In this document: piece after piece, positions 16,982 to 27,625 of the stretch
How the letters are laid out: every line of letters starts with the position of its first letter
Numbering within the stretch: position 1 is the stretch's first letter
Origin: a virus
Lineage: Duplodnaviria > Heunggongvirae > Uroviricota > Caudoviricetes
Reading direction: 5' to 3' (one strand)
DNA: 64,000 nt
IMG/VR virus record: IMGVR_UViG_3300010049_000009
Location: 64,001-128,000 of that record
Translations under genes and position numbers: made by a program
Notes under the pieces: generated by a model
Told to the model about the DNA's origin: nothing
What the model saw: the letters and a program-made list of their open reading frames with translations, nothing else
Databases searched by the model: none

Positions 16982-17832
16982 TTCTTTCTTTTTTTGGTTT
17001 CTTTTAATCTATCTACAAATGTTTCATCAACTTCGGTGTTTGGTGTGTATTGGTCGTCAGCAAACGCTTCATCCTCATCTACCACCCCCAAATCAACCAT
17101 ATTAAATAGGTTTTCTTCTGATTGTTCTAATGCTTCATTTGTTGCCAAGTGGGACACATATTCTTCCGCACCCCTCAATTTTGAACGAAAAATTTTATTT
17201 TCCGGTGGTTCCACTTCCAAATTAACTTTGGTTAAATCAAATGTTCCAAATCTTTGTTTGTGTAGTGGTTCTACTTCCACCATTTCCATAAATGCGGTTG
17301 GTGGGTTGTCTATTGCATGTTCAATAAACGTTTTATTTTCTTCTTGCACAAAGTTTTCCACAATCTCTTTTTCTCTCTTTTTTCTTGGTTTTCGTGTTTT
17401 GGGTTGTGGTGTAAGTGTAGGTGCGGGTAATTTATCTTTCTTTTGTGGTCTAATCACAAAATCCAAGCAACGTAAATCTTCAATATCATGTTTCGCAAAC
17501 AACTCACCCAATTCTTCAAACTTTTGTTTCAATAAGAGTTTCTTTTCCTCAATATCCGTATTGAAATTGATAATATGTTTCGAGTGGTTTATCAAATCAT
17601 CAAATGTTACCCGACCTTCCATTCCAAGAATATGGTAAATATTATTACTGTGTCCCGATTTAGGTGTAACAAAAATAAAATCTACTTCCTTATTATCTTT
17701 TTTGTTAAAAACTGTCCACCTCAAATCCCTTACCATTGGTGTAAAATCCACCTCCAAACGAAGAACAAACCCATTTTCGCATTGTTCCTTGAACATTCCA
17801 ATAAACCTATCACCTAATATATCTATACTCAT
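16978..17832 (-). CDS. Hypothetical protein with charged C-terminus
   Basis: 284 aa ORF. Confidence 0.8.
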   Translation of the reverse strand: MSIDILGDRFIGMFKEQCENGFVLRLEVDFTPMVRDLRWTVFNKKDNKEVDFIFVTPKSGHSNNIYHILGMEGRVTFDDLINHSKHIINFNTDIEEKKLLLKQKFEELGELFAKHDIEDLRCLDFVIRPQKKDKLPAPTLTPQPKTRKPRKKREKEIVENFVQEENKTFIEHAIDNPPTAFMEMVEVEPLHKQRFGTFDLTKVNLEVEPPENKIFRSKLRGAEEYVSHLATNEALEQSEENLFNMVDLGVVDEDEAFADDQYTPNTEVDETFVDRLKETKKRKK

Positions 17833-18035
17833 ACTATTATATATGTTATTATATATGAAATTGTGAATAATATTCCAAATTGTCTTGGTAATGATATTTC
17901 GTATTTATCATTTGCGCTTGGAATAAGTAAATGAAATCTTTGTACAAAAAGCAAATGTTGTACAAAAGAGTATATTTCTTTCAGTAAGAAAATTATACTC
18001 GTTATCAAAAAAAATATTAAAATTTCATCAATCAT
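17829..18035 (-). CDS. Small membrane protein
   Basis: Two hydrophobic segments. Confidence 0.65.
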   Translation of the reverse strand: MIDEILIFFLITSIIFLLKEIYSFVQHLLFVQRFHLLIPSANDKYEISLPRQFGILFTISYIITYIIV

Positions 18036-18073
18036 ATCATATTCTATTTTATTAAAAATACTATTTTATTTTT

Positions 18074-21000
18074 TTAACTTGAAATAACTTTATAAGAAAT
18101 GTAACAACTTGAAGCAGTAACTTCAATTTTTTGTGCAATAGAAGCATAATTGTTCAAATCATCACGTGTCATTTCTTCTTGTTCTTCATCTTCTTCGTTA
18201 TTGATAAAATCTTCACTAAACCACAAGTAGAGTGTACCTCTATAATTTCTTGGTATTGTTGTATTATCGGATAATGTTGTTGCGGGTGGTTGATTTCCTG
18301 AAAATGGTGTTGTGTGTATCAAGTTTTTACCCTGCATTAGTATTGGTATTGGGTATTCGGGTGCACTGTCAGGAAAATTGGGTAATCTTGTCAAATATGC
18401 AATTTTTTCACCAACTCTATTACTTATATTGTTTTCCCACTCAAAATCAATAACAACACCTGTGTTCATTGCTCTTTCCAAATTCTTGTTACAATTATAA
18501 ACACAGAATGTTAATCTTGGGTCTTGGTCAATCCACCTAAATAATGAAATGTATGTAAACATTTCGAGACCTGTTACATCAGTTGCACTAATACGTAATA
18601 ATCTGTTGATGTCTGTAACCACACAATTTGTTAAAGTTACTTCTATTTGGGGATTACTTGTATCATGAATAGGAAGACCATCAATTCTGTAATTCCACGT
18701 GTTTATTGGAGTGGAAGTTCTTAATCTTATCCATCTACCATTACTACCTACTACACCGGTTGTTGCTTCGGCAGTGCTATCAAACAAATCCCACCCCTGA
18801 GTTGATCGCAAATCCACTGAACCCGTCGCTCTTTCTGTTTCAAATTGCCCCTGTTGTATTCTAACCCTATAACCATGACATTTAAAAGCATTGGTTCCCC
18901 TTATTTCAATGGTTATTTTAACCTCATATCTACTAGGGTCGGTTGCTGATGTGGGTTTACACGTTATTGAATTTTCGTCTATGTAAATATAATTACCAAA
19001 ATCCATTGGTTGGGAAAACGCTCTAACGTGATCTTCATTATCATGTAAAACACTGTAAAATAAAGTCCTTCTGTTGGCAGCACCTGCGGTAACATTTCCA
19101 TGAAACGGTAAAAATAACCCTAATGTTGTTCTACTCTGACTTGCTAAATTAGATAAAATAACATCGGTTGTGTGTTTTCGGGTGTTGGTTGAATATTCAT
19201 CTGCTAAACTTGGTGAACAATTTACCACCGGTTCATTTACTTGGGCATTGATATCGGCATAAACACGCCCATAATTTTCCGTAAAATATGGAAAACTAAA
19301 TCTCATATTCCAATCATCAAGTGTGTTGTAATGTAATAAATCTTCGGGATTTGTTTCGTTTCGTCTCATTGTTACTTCCCCAATAGTTTTATTGCAAAAT
19401 AAATCACTCATCCAATCATAACGTTCCACCGTAACTCTTGGTTGCCAAAAAAACCTACCATTAGAAGATTTGGTTTCTCTTAACAATTGTCCACGTGTTT
19501 TTAAGGTGTTTATAAACACACCACCTAAATAACTACTATCACTCCCGACGGTAGGATATTCATAACTATTATTAGTGTTATTTCTAACAGCAATTGCAAA
19601 ACTATACATAGCACCCTCTATTGAGGTGGTTTCCATTTGCCAACTCTGATCTTCGTTTTGAACCCATGTGCGTATAACACCCCTTCCAACACCCGTTATA
19701 TTTATTTCTGTGGTTCGTGGTGGGTCTATTGATGCAATGCTTGTTCTAGGTGGATCATATCTATATATATTTGCGTGTACACTTGGTTGAGGAAAATAAT
19801 TACTTCCCAAAACACCTTTTCCTCTCACCGTTACCACTTGGGGATAAGAGTATGTTGTTACTCCTGTTGTTTGGTTTGTTGAAGATGTTTGTCTCCGTAA
19901 AACAATTTCAAAATCAGGTTCACTTATATATCCACTTGTTAGGTTGTGCGGTGCGCTTCCAACACCAGGTACTTTACCCCTAAAATTTCCAAGATTAATT
20001 TGGGATAATCTATACAATGTGGTTGTTGTACCATCTTCATTTGTTACTACTCTACTTGTAAATGTAAAAGCACTTGAACCTACGTTGGCGGGGGGGTTAG
20101 AATCATTTGGATTTGGAGTGTTAAATGGGTCAAGAGATGATCCTGGAACAGGAAAGGTACTAAATGTTGCTGCCACACCTTCCCCCACGTTTGAGTGTCT
20201 TACAGTTGGGTTGTTACTACCTGGTTGTCGGTTGTTAATCCCACCACCACTGAAACCACCAATAAAACCGGATGGGCAAGATACCCACCTAATATCAGTT
20301 AAAGACACATTATTAGGTAATTCAAATTCAGGATTACTTTCCATTCTAATACCAACAACCGATCCTGTAACAAATACCGTTATTTCGCTACTAGTATCAT
20401 TATTATTTGAATCACTCAAAATTCGATAATTCTGTCCTATATCATATCCCTCCCCTCTTGTTAATAATCTAAAAAATTGGGGGCGACTACTACTACCGCT
20501 ATTCCATATACTTTCATTTTGGGTCTCCCTTCTTCGCATCCATAAATAAGAACGTGCGCTTTCAAATCTCATTATTGTTCGCCAATGTATTGAAGCACCT
20601 GTTCCTGTACATGTTTTTTGTGGAACAGTATAACCCATTTGATGAAGATTAAATCTATTTAACATTTCACCTAAACCACCACCACTAATAAGTGTATTCA
20701 TAACTTCTGTTTCCAAACTAGGAATATCTACTGTGTGAGAGTAATGATTTGTTACTGTTGTGCAATTAGTGTTAATAAAAGAATAAACTTTATGGTTTCT
20801 ATTAGTAACTTCTAAAAGTAATTCAGGAACCGCTAAATCAGTGCATAAAGTATCTACGGTTTCTATTTGAGTAACGGGGTCTACTATTATTTCCCTTTGT
20901 TCAATAGAAATACCGCCAGCCCCAGTATAACGCCCTGTTGAATAAAAATGTCTAACATTTGGTACTAATAATGGGCAAGTTCCCAAATGTGTTCTATAAT

Positions 21001-24000
21001 CAGTTACAAGTGGTGAAATATTTACAAATACTAAATTATCAGGTGGGTCTTGATCTACGGGTAATGTTTCAAGTGTTCTTATTGTGTGTTCTACCTCCGG
21101 TATTGCATTTCTAATAATATCATCACTTAAATTTGCCCCAACCAAATCAAATTCAGAGTTTTCAACATCTACTGTTAGTTCAAGTAATGGTCCATTCAAA
21201 TAAAAGATACTAAAATATGCGGGAATGTTTCGTTTAGAACATCTGAATGGATCAATATAACCATTGTGTGGTGCAGCAATTCTATTCCACTCTTTAAATA
21301 TTTTAAGTGTTTGATCTAACACGTGAAATTTGAATAAAAATCTATTGTTTGGTGCGTCGGGATTAGCGTGATTCCAATCCGCTATTATTCCATTACTAAA
21401 ATTACTTTCAGGTGTACCATATAATAATTCCCATGCTGAAATATCTTTAAACACCTCATTATTCTGCATTTGTTTTATCTTTAATGAAAGCGAATTGTCA
21501 TAACCACCCGCTCTTCCAATACCGTTCTGACCAATAACAGCAGCATAAAAACCACCCGGTTCATATCTTAATCTATCATTTGTTGTGTTTGGGTATGTTT
21601 GTATTGGTATTCTTGATGTTGTAAACACAAGGTCTTCGGGTGTTAAATTATTTCTTTCAGCAACACATAGGTTAGTTGTTTGATTAGGTGTGGTAAGTGC
21701 TGCTGGTGTGGTATACACAACATTTTGGTCATTACGTACTCTATATGTACCTATTAACCCATTCATTGACGATTGTTGTGTTTGGTACGGTATATCATTA
21801 AAATTGTATGGCGATTGAAACGGTGGGGTTTCAGTATCTTTATTAAGAGAATTATATGAGTCGCTTGCACATAATAAATAACGTGGTCTTGATGGATTAC
21901 CACCATGTGTTTCAATTTTTATTGCACCATATAATAAAGTTCGCATTGGTGGAAAATAACCTGTTCCATTTAATTGTATAATCGGTATGTCTGTACTACA
22001 TGTTGGCATCCACATTTCCTTTAATAAAGAAATTTTTTCTCTTATATTTCTTTCATTAGTTTCATCAAGCGCACCATCATACCACTTCTTAAATTCAGTT
22101 AATAATGTTGCTTCATTTTTACCAACGGTTCCACGTAAAAATTTAAAAAATTCATCCCACCACCTATTATCTTGTGGGGTAACTATCTGTTGATTCGGTG
22201 TCCCATGATTGATGGTTTGTGGTAAAAAATATTTAGCATAAAGACTTTCATCTCTGAATATTAAACTTATTCCGGGTTGTGTTGAAACAATAATACTGTC
22301 ACAATATATATCTCTATTAACACAGGTGGTTGTGGGACTATCAACTGAATTTTTACCTACTAAACATATTCTATATTCACCCTCACAAAGATATAATCTA
22401 AATCCTGACCACGTTCTTCTATTTTCATCGGATAAATTATTATAAACACTTGTAATACTATCGGGTATATTATAAGTTTGGGTTTGTGCCACAAGCATAC
22501 TCATGCGTTCAATTAAATAATCCCCCTGTGGATAACCGGTTGCGGTTTGTGGAGATTGTATTGTACCAAATTCATCAACTAACTGTGTTGTTAATATTCC
22601 ACCAGCAGCATTAGTTGTTAATACTTCAACATATAATAACCCATTACCAAGTACCCCATATGCCCCACTTTTATACCCACTTCCCCGATTTGTGGTTTTA
22701 ATCGCGACTACGCCAGTTTGACTAACAGTGAAAATAGCATCCCTACCTATATTAATTTCTTGTCGTCTGACCTCTAAATTATAATTATCTAAAATACAAT
22801 TTTTAATACTTATGTTAGTTATATTTTCTAACACAACCATTGCACAAGTTTCCCTATGTCTTTCTTCAAAAATACAATTACAATTACTTAATAATCTCCC
22901 ACATGTTACACAATTAGGATTATTTGGTGCTCTAAGTGGGGGCATACAAGTTACACTACTACTCACTTCATCAAATATTGGTGAAACCTCCCTTAAATTA
23001 AAAATCACCTTATTTTGATATCTCAATGTGAATGTGCTTTGACTTATATTACCATAATCATCAACAAATGAAACAGAAAATGTTCCCTCATTTGCAAATT
23101 CAGGGTGTTGTATATTCAAAGAAGTTACGGAAACAGATATTAGGGTTTCATTATTAAGGGTGTTAACAGAAACCGAATTAGTTGTTATTGTGTAATTACC
23201 TAATGTGTGTAATGACACACCATCACTATTTCTTATTATTATTTTATAGTCACTACTACTCCCAATAACCTCAATTTTAATACTTGGTGGGGGAATTGTA
23301 AGTAGAGGTGGTTGTGTTGGTCGTATTCTCGCACAATTACAAATATATGGGTGTGTTACCACATTTACTTGTATTTGAACAGTTTCGTCTGTTGATTGAA
23401 AGCATTGTGCTGTGAATTTTTGACGTAATTTTTCTATTGCAGTTGACCCTGATTTAATACCAAAATAAAAATAAAATGAATTAATTGGTTGAAAAAAACT
23501 CATGTGTCTAATATTTTTTTCCTCTTCAACACTTAACGCAATACTTGTATTTAATGTTCGGAGACCATATCTGAAATATAAATATTCCGGATCAATATAA
23601 CTTTCGTTTAGCGCATTATAACGATTTGTAACAGCATTATTTTGTCTTGCATTTGCATCTGTAACCGATGATTGATTGAAGATTCCTCTTAATCTACCAT
23701 CAAAATTTGTAGGGTACACATATTCAAAATTATAATATTTTTTACCCTTATTGGATATTAAATTATCAGATAGTTCGTCATTTTCTAATCTATATCTATT
23801 CAAACAAGAATATTTACCATCAATAGGTTGATTAAGTGTAGCAAACTGTTGCCGTGTTTCAACCCCACGAATGAGTTGATCTTTACCAATCCAACCCTGT
23901 GGTGTTACAAATACACCGGTTGCATCATTAGCATCACATACACCTTCAATTGCGTGATATATGTCTAAATCAACACCTAATTCACATATTCTTTCTAAAT

Positions 24001-26761
24001 TTACACAAGTTTTTATTTTTGTTTCAAATCGAGTACACCCAATACCATAAAACAAACCACCCGAATTATTTACACTATGAATACGATATGAACCAGCGGT
24101 CTCCCTTAATCGTTGGTCGGTAAGATTTCTTCCGCCAGCGGAACCCCAATTTTTACCGGAAGCAATAAATATACTTTCATCCCAAACAATTTCATCCCTA
24201 CCCTCAGTTGAAGAAGAACCTTCACTTATCACTTTTATTTGATAATCTATTTCATACATTGGACCCGGCATTTGATATGTTGTAATGGGTAATTCTTTAT
24301 ATAAACCCCAAATACCGTGTTTATTACATTTATCTAATGAACCTATTAAAATAACATCTGTTTTGAATAGATTAATATTTTTACCATTATTTGATGTTCT
24401 TTCTGCGATTGGTCTGTAATAATATTCATAAATTGGTTCACCATTTATATCTTCCCCAATTTTTTCTCTATTAATAAATGGTTCTGCAAGTTCTATTTCA
24501 GTGTATTCTTCATGACATTTTTGTTTATTTATACGTGCTTTTTCATGACTTTTTAATCTAATTCTACCATTAAATGTATATTCATACATATTATCATAAC
24601 AACCCCTAAATTCTTCGTCAAATAAACGTAATTCTATGTGGTTGGTAGTGTTAATTTTATATTTTGGTGAACATATTTTGTAAACTCTTGTTTTTTTAAT
24701 ACCAAATTCAACCAATTTTGAAATACCAACGGTAGTGCCGGATGATCTTTGTATCCATTCTTCACCCTCAAATGAACAAACATCCTCATAATTTGTGACT
24801 TTCTTTTTTCCAAAAATACCTAAAAATTTTCTTCTACTCTTTTTTCTTTTTTGAAAATTAAAGGTTGGAAAATATAAAACACCATTAACCCAATCATTAG
24901 TAAAATTAAAAAATGACACCCCTATACCTTCGGCTAATGTTGTTATAACACAATCCCAAATACTATCAGGGTTTGTTGTTCTTGGAATACCACCATATGA
25001 ATCTGTGGTGTCTTTCATTTCCTCTATTATATGTCTACAACCCATCTCCTCATTTCCGCTACCACCACATCTACCAAAACTAAAATGAAAACTAGACGCA
25101 CCGGGACAACCTTGTTTAGAGTCGTTCACAGCAAAACAACCAGGATATAATAAAATATCAGTATATTGACACCAAGAAGGATCAATGTGCATACATTTCA
25201 AATTAGGACTACAAATAATTTGACTCATAAGACGACAAACATCTATACATAAACAAAACCCAATATAATTACGTAATATAGTAACACCGGGATTTAATTG
25301 TAATCTGCACGATAATTTAGTTAGTGCGGTAATAAATTGATTCCAAACCCTTTGAAATTCGATAACTATTGCTGATATTGCACATAATATTGAGAATTGT
25401 GTTGGTAAATGACTTCTCATTTCATTGTATGGAAACGGAAGTGAGGATGCGTGGTTTTGAATATTTTTAATTCCTGTATTATTTTGTGTTCGCGGTGATT
25501 TGGTTGATTGAATACGTGGAATATATGATTTTACACTATATATATTGTTTTTAAACATTGAAACAAATAAATGTTTCGGTGTATCTTTGCTTAATGTATA
25601 ATCTCTTTCTGCCGGTATATTCGGATTATGTGGTACTAAATAACACGCCTTTTTTTTATGTAGTTCTTCCGGTTGTTCTATTTTTATTTTAAATCTCACA
25701 TCAGTTCTTGATGGAATACCAATGGTGGGATTGTCTGATAAGACCTCATTACCAAACTCGTCTGTTGTATAATAATCTAAATTCATTGGTATTTGATAAC
25801 ACCAAACACCGTCACCATCAATAAGTTGATTTCCTTTAATTTTATAATTAACTATTCTACCGTCAGGTTCTAGTCTTATCATTTCAATAGTACCCTGTTT
25901 GGCGGTTAAATCCTTCATTTCACCCAACGCCGCCTGAGGTAAACAAGAAGTGTATGTTGTTGCGTTATCACTGTCTGTTATTATACTACCGATAAAAATG
26001 CAGGTTGTTTCAAATCTATATGATATGTTAATATCGTGTCTTGTAATACCTACCTCATCTTCACTACCATCACCCCAAAACGGATATACATAAACGGAAG
26101 AATCTTCGGCAAACACCTGCGCCAAGTTATCTAAATTTGTATCTTTTTTGAATTGTGTGCTACTTTCAAATTGATCCACCGAATACCCCTTGTAATACAT
26201 ATCACGTGGCATTTGGGATAAATGACCACAATCCGATAGGTCAATATCACAATGCACTTGATTACTTCCAATCGGAATACCAAACAACATATAATCCCCA
26301 CTGTTATTTGTAACTGTTGAATATTTATAATAGTTGTCAAAAATTTCTAATATATCATTGTTATCAAGAATAGCCCGTTTCAACGGAAAAGTACCTATTA
26401 CTTGATGACATTCATCAATATTTTTGTTTGCAAATAGGTTGTATCTTATGTTTTGATAATTTTTATCAAATGACGTGTCGTATGGATACAAAACACGTTT
26501 TTCAATACTTCTTTTTGAGGATTCTGTTATCGGAATAAATATAGATATGCGCGCATTGGGGACACCAACCCCACCATTTGCCATTACTCTACCTATGATA
26601 CAACCATATTCAGAACGTGGTGTTCTGTATAGATTTTTTTGGTCTAATTTTAGTGATAGAATATCAACGAAATCATAATCCTGATTTAGTGTGATATTTA
26701 ATTTAGTACTATCACCTGTTTTTGGTGTTGTCCTTACACGATATGATTTATTCGGGTTCAT
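18074..26761 (-). CDS. Giant putative virion structural protein (tail/baseplate-associated)
   Basis: 2895 aa uninterrupted ORF; N-terminal IIGRV..NGGVGVPNARISIF carboxypeptidase-regulatory-like beta domain; Thr/Asn/Ser-rich beta-type C-terminal two thirds. Confidence 0.6.
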   Translation of the reverse strand: MNPNKSYRVRTTPKTGDSTKLNITLNQDYDFVDILSLKLDQKNLYRTPRSEYGCIIGRVMANGGVGVPNARISIFIPITESSKRSIEKRVLYPYDTSFDKNYQNIRYNLFANKNIDECHQVIGTFPLKRAILDNNDILEIFDNYYKYSTVTNNSGDYMLFGIPIGSNQVHCDIDLSDCGHLSQMPRDMYYKGYSVDQFESSTQFKKDTNLDNLAQVFAEDSSVYVYPFWGDGSEDEVGITRHDINISYRFETTCIFIGSIITDSDNATTYTSCLPQAALGEMKDLTAKQGTIEMIRLEPDGRIVNYKIKGNQLIDGDGVWCYQIPMNLDYYTTDEFGNEVLSDNPTIGIPSRTDVRFKIKIEQPEELHKKKACYLVPHNPNIPAERDYTLSKDTPKHLFVSMFKNNIYSVKSYIPRIQSTKSPRTQNNTGIKNIQNHASSLPFPYNEMRSHLPTQFSILCAISAIVIEFQRVWNQFITALTKLSCRLQLNPGVTILRNYIGFCLCIDVCRLMSQIICSPNLKCMHIDPSWCQYTDILLYPGCFAVNDSKQGCPGASSFHFSFGRCGGSGNEEMGCRHIIEEMKDTTDSYGGIPRTTNPDSIWDCVITTLAEGIGVSFFNFTNDWVNGVLYFPTFNFQKRKKSRRKFLGIFGKKKVTNYEDVCSFEGEEWIQRSSGTTVGISKLVEFGIKKTRVYKICSPKYKINTTNHIELRLFDEEFRGCYDNMYEYTFNGRIRLKSHEKARINKQKCHEEYTEIELAEPFINREKIGEDINGEPIYEYYYRPIAERTSNNGKNINLFKTDVILIGSLDKCNKHGIWGLYKELPITTYQMPGPMYEIDYQIKVISEGSSSTEGRDEIVWDESIFIASGKNWGSAGGRNLTDQRLRETAGSYRIHSVNNSGGLFYGIGCTRFETKIKTCVNLERICELGVDLDIYHAIEGVCDANDATGVFVTPQGWIGKDQLIRGVETRQQFATLNQPIDGKYSCLNRYRLENDELSDNLISNKGKKYYNFEYVYPTNFDGRLRGIFNQSSVTDANARQNNAVTNRYNALNESYIDPEYLYFRYGLRTLNTSIALSVEEEKNIRHMSFFQPINSFYFYFGIKSGSTAIEKLRQKFTAQCFQSTDETVQIQVNVVTHPYICNCARIRPTQPPLLTIPPPSIKIEVIGSSSDYKIIIRNSDGVSLHTLGNYTITTNSVSVNTLNNETLISVSVTSLNIQHPEFANEGTFSVSFVDDYGNISQSTFTLRYQNKVIFNLREVSPIFDEVSSSVTCMPPLRAPNNPNCVTCGRLLSNCNCIFEERHRETCAMVVLENITNISIKNCILDNYNLEVRRQEINIGRDAIFTVSQTGVVAIKTTNRGSGYKSGAYGVLGNGLLYVEVLTTNAAGGILTTQLVDEFGTIQSPQTATGYPQGDYLIERMSMLVAQTQTYNIPDSITSVYNNLSDENRRTWSGFRLYLCEGEYRICLVGKNSVDSPTTTCVNRDIYCDSIIVSTQPGISLIFRDESLYAKYFLPQTINHGTPNQQIVTPQDNRWWDEFFKFLRGTVGKNEATLLTEFKKWYDGALDETNERNIREKISLLKEMWMPTCSTDIPIIQLNGTGYFPPMRTLLYGAIKIETHGGNPSRPRYLLCASDSYNSLNKDTETPPFQSPYNFNDIPYQTQQSSMNGLIGTYRVRNDQNVVYTTPAALTTPNQTTNLCVAERNNLTPEDLVFTTSRIPIQTYPNTTNDRLRYEPGGFYAAVIGQNGIGRAGGYDNSLSLKIKQMQNNEVFKDISAWELLYGTPESNFSNGIIADWNHANPDAPNNRFLFKFHVLDQTLKIFKEWNRIAAPHNGYIDPFRCSKRNIPAYFSIFYLNGPLLELTVDVENSEFDLVGANLSDDIIRNAIPEVEHTIRTLETLPVDQDPPDNLVFVNISPLVTDYRTHLGTCPLLVPNVRHFYSTGRYTGAGGISIEQREIIVDPVTQIETVDTLCTDLAVPELLLEVTNRNHKVYSFINTNCTTVTNHYSHTVDIPSLETEVMNTLISGGGLGEMLNRFNLHQMGYTVPQKTCTGTGASIHWRTIMRFESARSYLWMRRRETQNESIWNSGSSSRPQFFRLLTRGEGYDIGQNYRILSDSNNNDTSSEITVFVTGSVVGIRMESNPEFELPNNVSLTDIRWVSCPSGFIGGFSGGGINNRQPGSNNPTVRHSNVGEGVAATFSTFPVPGSSLDPFNTPNPNDSNPPANVGSSAFTFTSRVVTNEDGTTTTLYRLSQINLGNFRGKVPGVGSAPHNLTSGYISEPDFEIVLRRQTSSTNQTTGVTTYSYPQVVTVRGKGVLGSNYFPQPSVHANIYRYDPPRTSIASIDPPRTTEINITGVGRGVIRTWVQNEDQSWQMETTSIEGAMYSFAIAVRNNTNNSYEYPTVGSDSSYLGGVFINTLKTRGQLLRETKSSNGRFFWQPRVTVERYDWMSDLFCNKTIGEVTMRRNETNPEDLLHYNTLDDWNMRFSFPYFTENYGRVYADINAQVNEPVVNCSPSLADEYSTNTRKHTTDVILSNLASQSRTTLGLFLPFHGNVTAGAANRRTLFYSVLHDNEDHVRAFSQPMDFGNYIYIDENSITCKPTSATDPSRYEVKITIEIRGTNAFKCHGYRVRIQQGQFETERATGSVDLRSTQGWDLFDSTAEATTGVVGSNGRWIRLRTSTPINTWNYRIDGLPIHDTSNPQIEVTLTNCVVTDINRLLRISATDVTGLEMFTYISLFRWIDQDPRLTFCVYNCNKNLERAMNTGVVIDFEWENNISNRVGEKIAYLTRLPNFPDSAPEYPIPILMQGKNLIHTTPFSGNQPPATTLSDNTTIPRNYRGTLYLWFSEDFINNEEDEEQEEMTRDDLNNYASIAQKIEVTASSCYISYKVISS

Positions 26762-27161
26762 TTCTCTGTATTTCGATTTTTTCTTTTATGGTGTCCACAA
26801 GTTTTTTGGTGGTACTTTCTTTTACATTTGCATAGGTTGTAATTAATGACATTACACCGGGTATTTCTTTATTAAAAAGGGTTTTTGCAATCAGTGCTAT
26901 GATTTGCTTTACTATTAAAACCACTATTACCAACACTGTCATAGTAAGTACAAACGGAATTTGAATAAAAAATAATTTGAAAAATTGACTTATAAATCTA
27001 ACAAATTTGTTTTTACACTCACCGGTGTCTTCCGCCTCAACCTTATCTTTTTCTTTCATTAAGGAAGTACGTTCATCATCATTTTGAACGATTGATAACC
27101 GTCTATTTAACTCTACCAACCTATCTTGTTTTTCCTGAACCTTTCTACATGCGCATGCCAT
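26748..27161 (-). CDS. Membrane protein
   Basis: MACAC start, coiled coil, one long hydrophobic helix. Confidence 0.7.
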   Translation of the reverse strand: MACACRKVQEKQDRLVELNRRLSIVQNDDERTSLMKEKDKVEAEDTGECKNKFVRFISQFFKLFFIQIPFVLTMTVLVIVVLIVKQIIALIAKTLFNKEIPGVMSLITTYANVKESTTKKLVDTIKEKIEIQRNEPE

Positions 27162-27232
27162 ATCTATAAAATTTTAATTTAATTAGTAATATAATGCGCA
27201 ATTCGGTTTTTTCAAGTTTTCGCCCAACAAAG

Positions 27233-27260
27233 GATCGGATTGTTTCATACCTTTTATATT
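27233..27260 (+). promoter_or_regulatory. Bipartite phage promoter motif (plus strand)
   Basis: GATCGGA-N15-TATATTAG pointing at plus-strand gene 27314. Confidence 0.8.
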
Positions 27261-27313
27261 AGTGTTATTATATTCTATATATAGTTTTAAGTATAAATTT
27301 TAAAAATTTCTCA

Positions 27314-27625
27314 ATGGAAAAAATGTTAGGTATTTGGTACATTATTTATGGTTTTTTTTACCGCTTGTTTACACGTAAAGAGCGTTATTGTTATGTAGTT
27401 GAAAAAAGTTTTGCTGATGTAGAATTACCACCAGCGTTTGTTTTGGGTGTTTATAGTAATGAAAAATCAGCAGTCGTTGCCACCAAAGAAGCAGCAAAGA
27501 GTGCTATAAATTATTGGAATAGACCATTATTATTCCGTGTTGTAGAAAGGGTTATTGACCAAGATATGGAATGGGGAAATATAGTGTACAACGAAAAGGT
27601 TTTTGATTTTAAAACCAATCCTTAA
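27314..27625 (+). CDS. Hypothetical protein
   Basis: 103 aa ORF with its own promoter motif. Confidence 0.7.
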   Translation: MEKMLGIWYIIYGFFYRLFTRKERYCYVVEKSFADVELPPAFVLGVYSNEKSAVVATKEAAKSAINYWNRPLLFRVVERVIDQDMEWGNIVYNEKVFDFKTNP

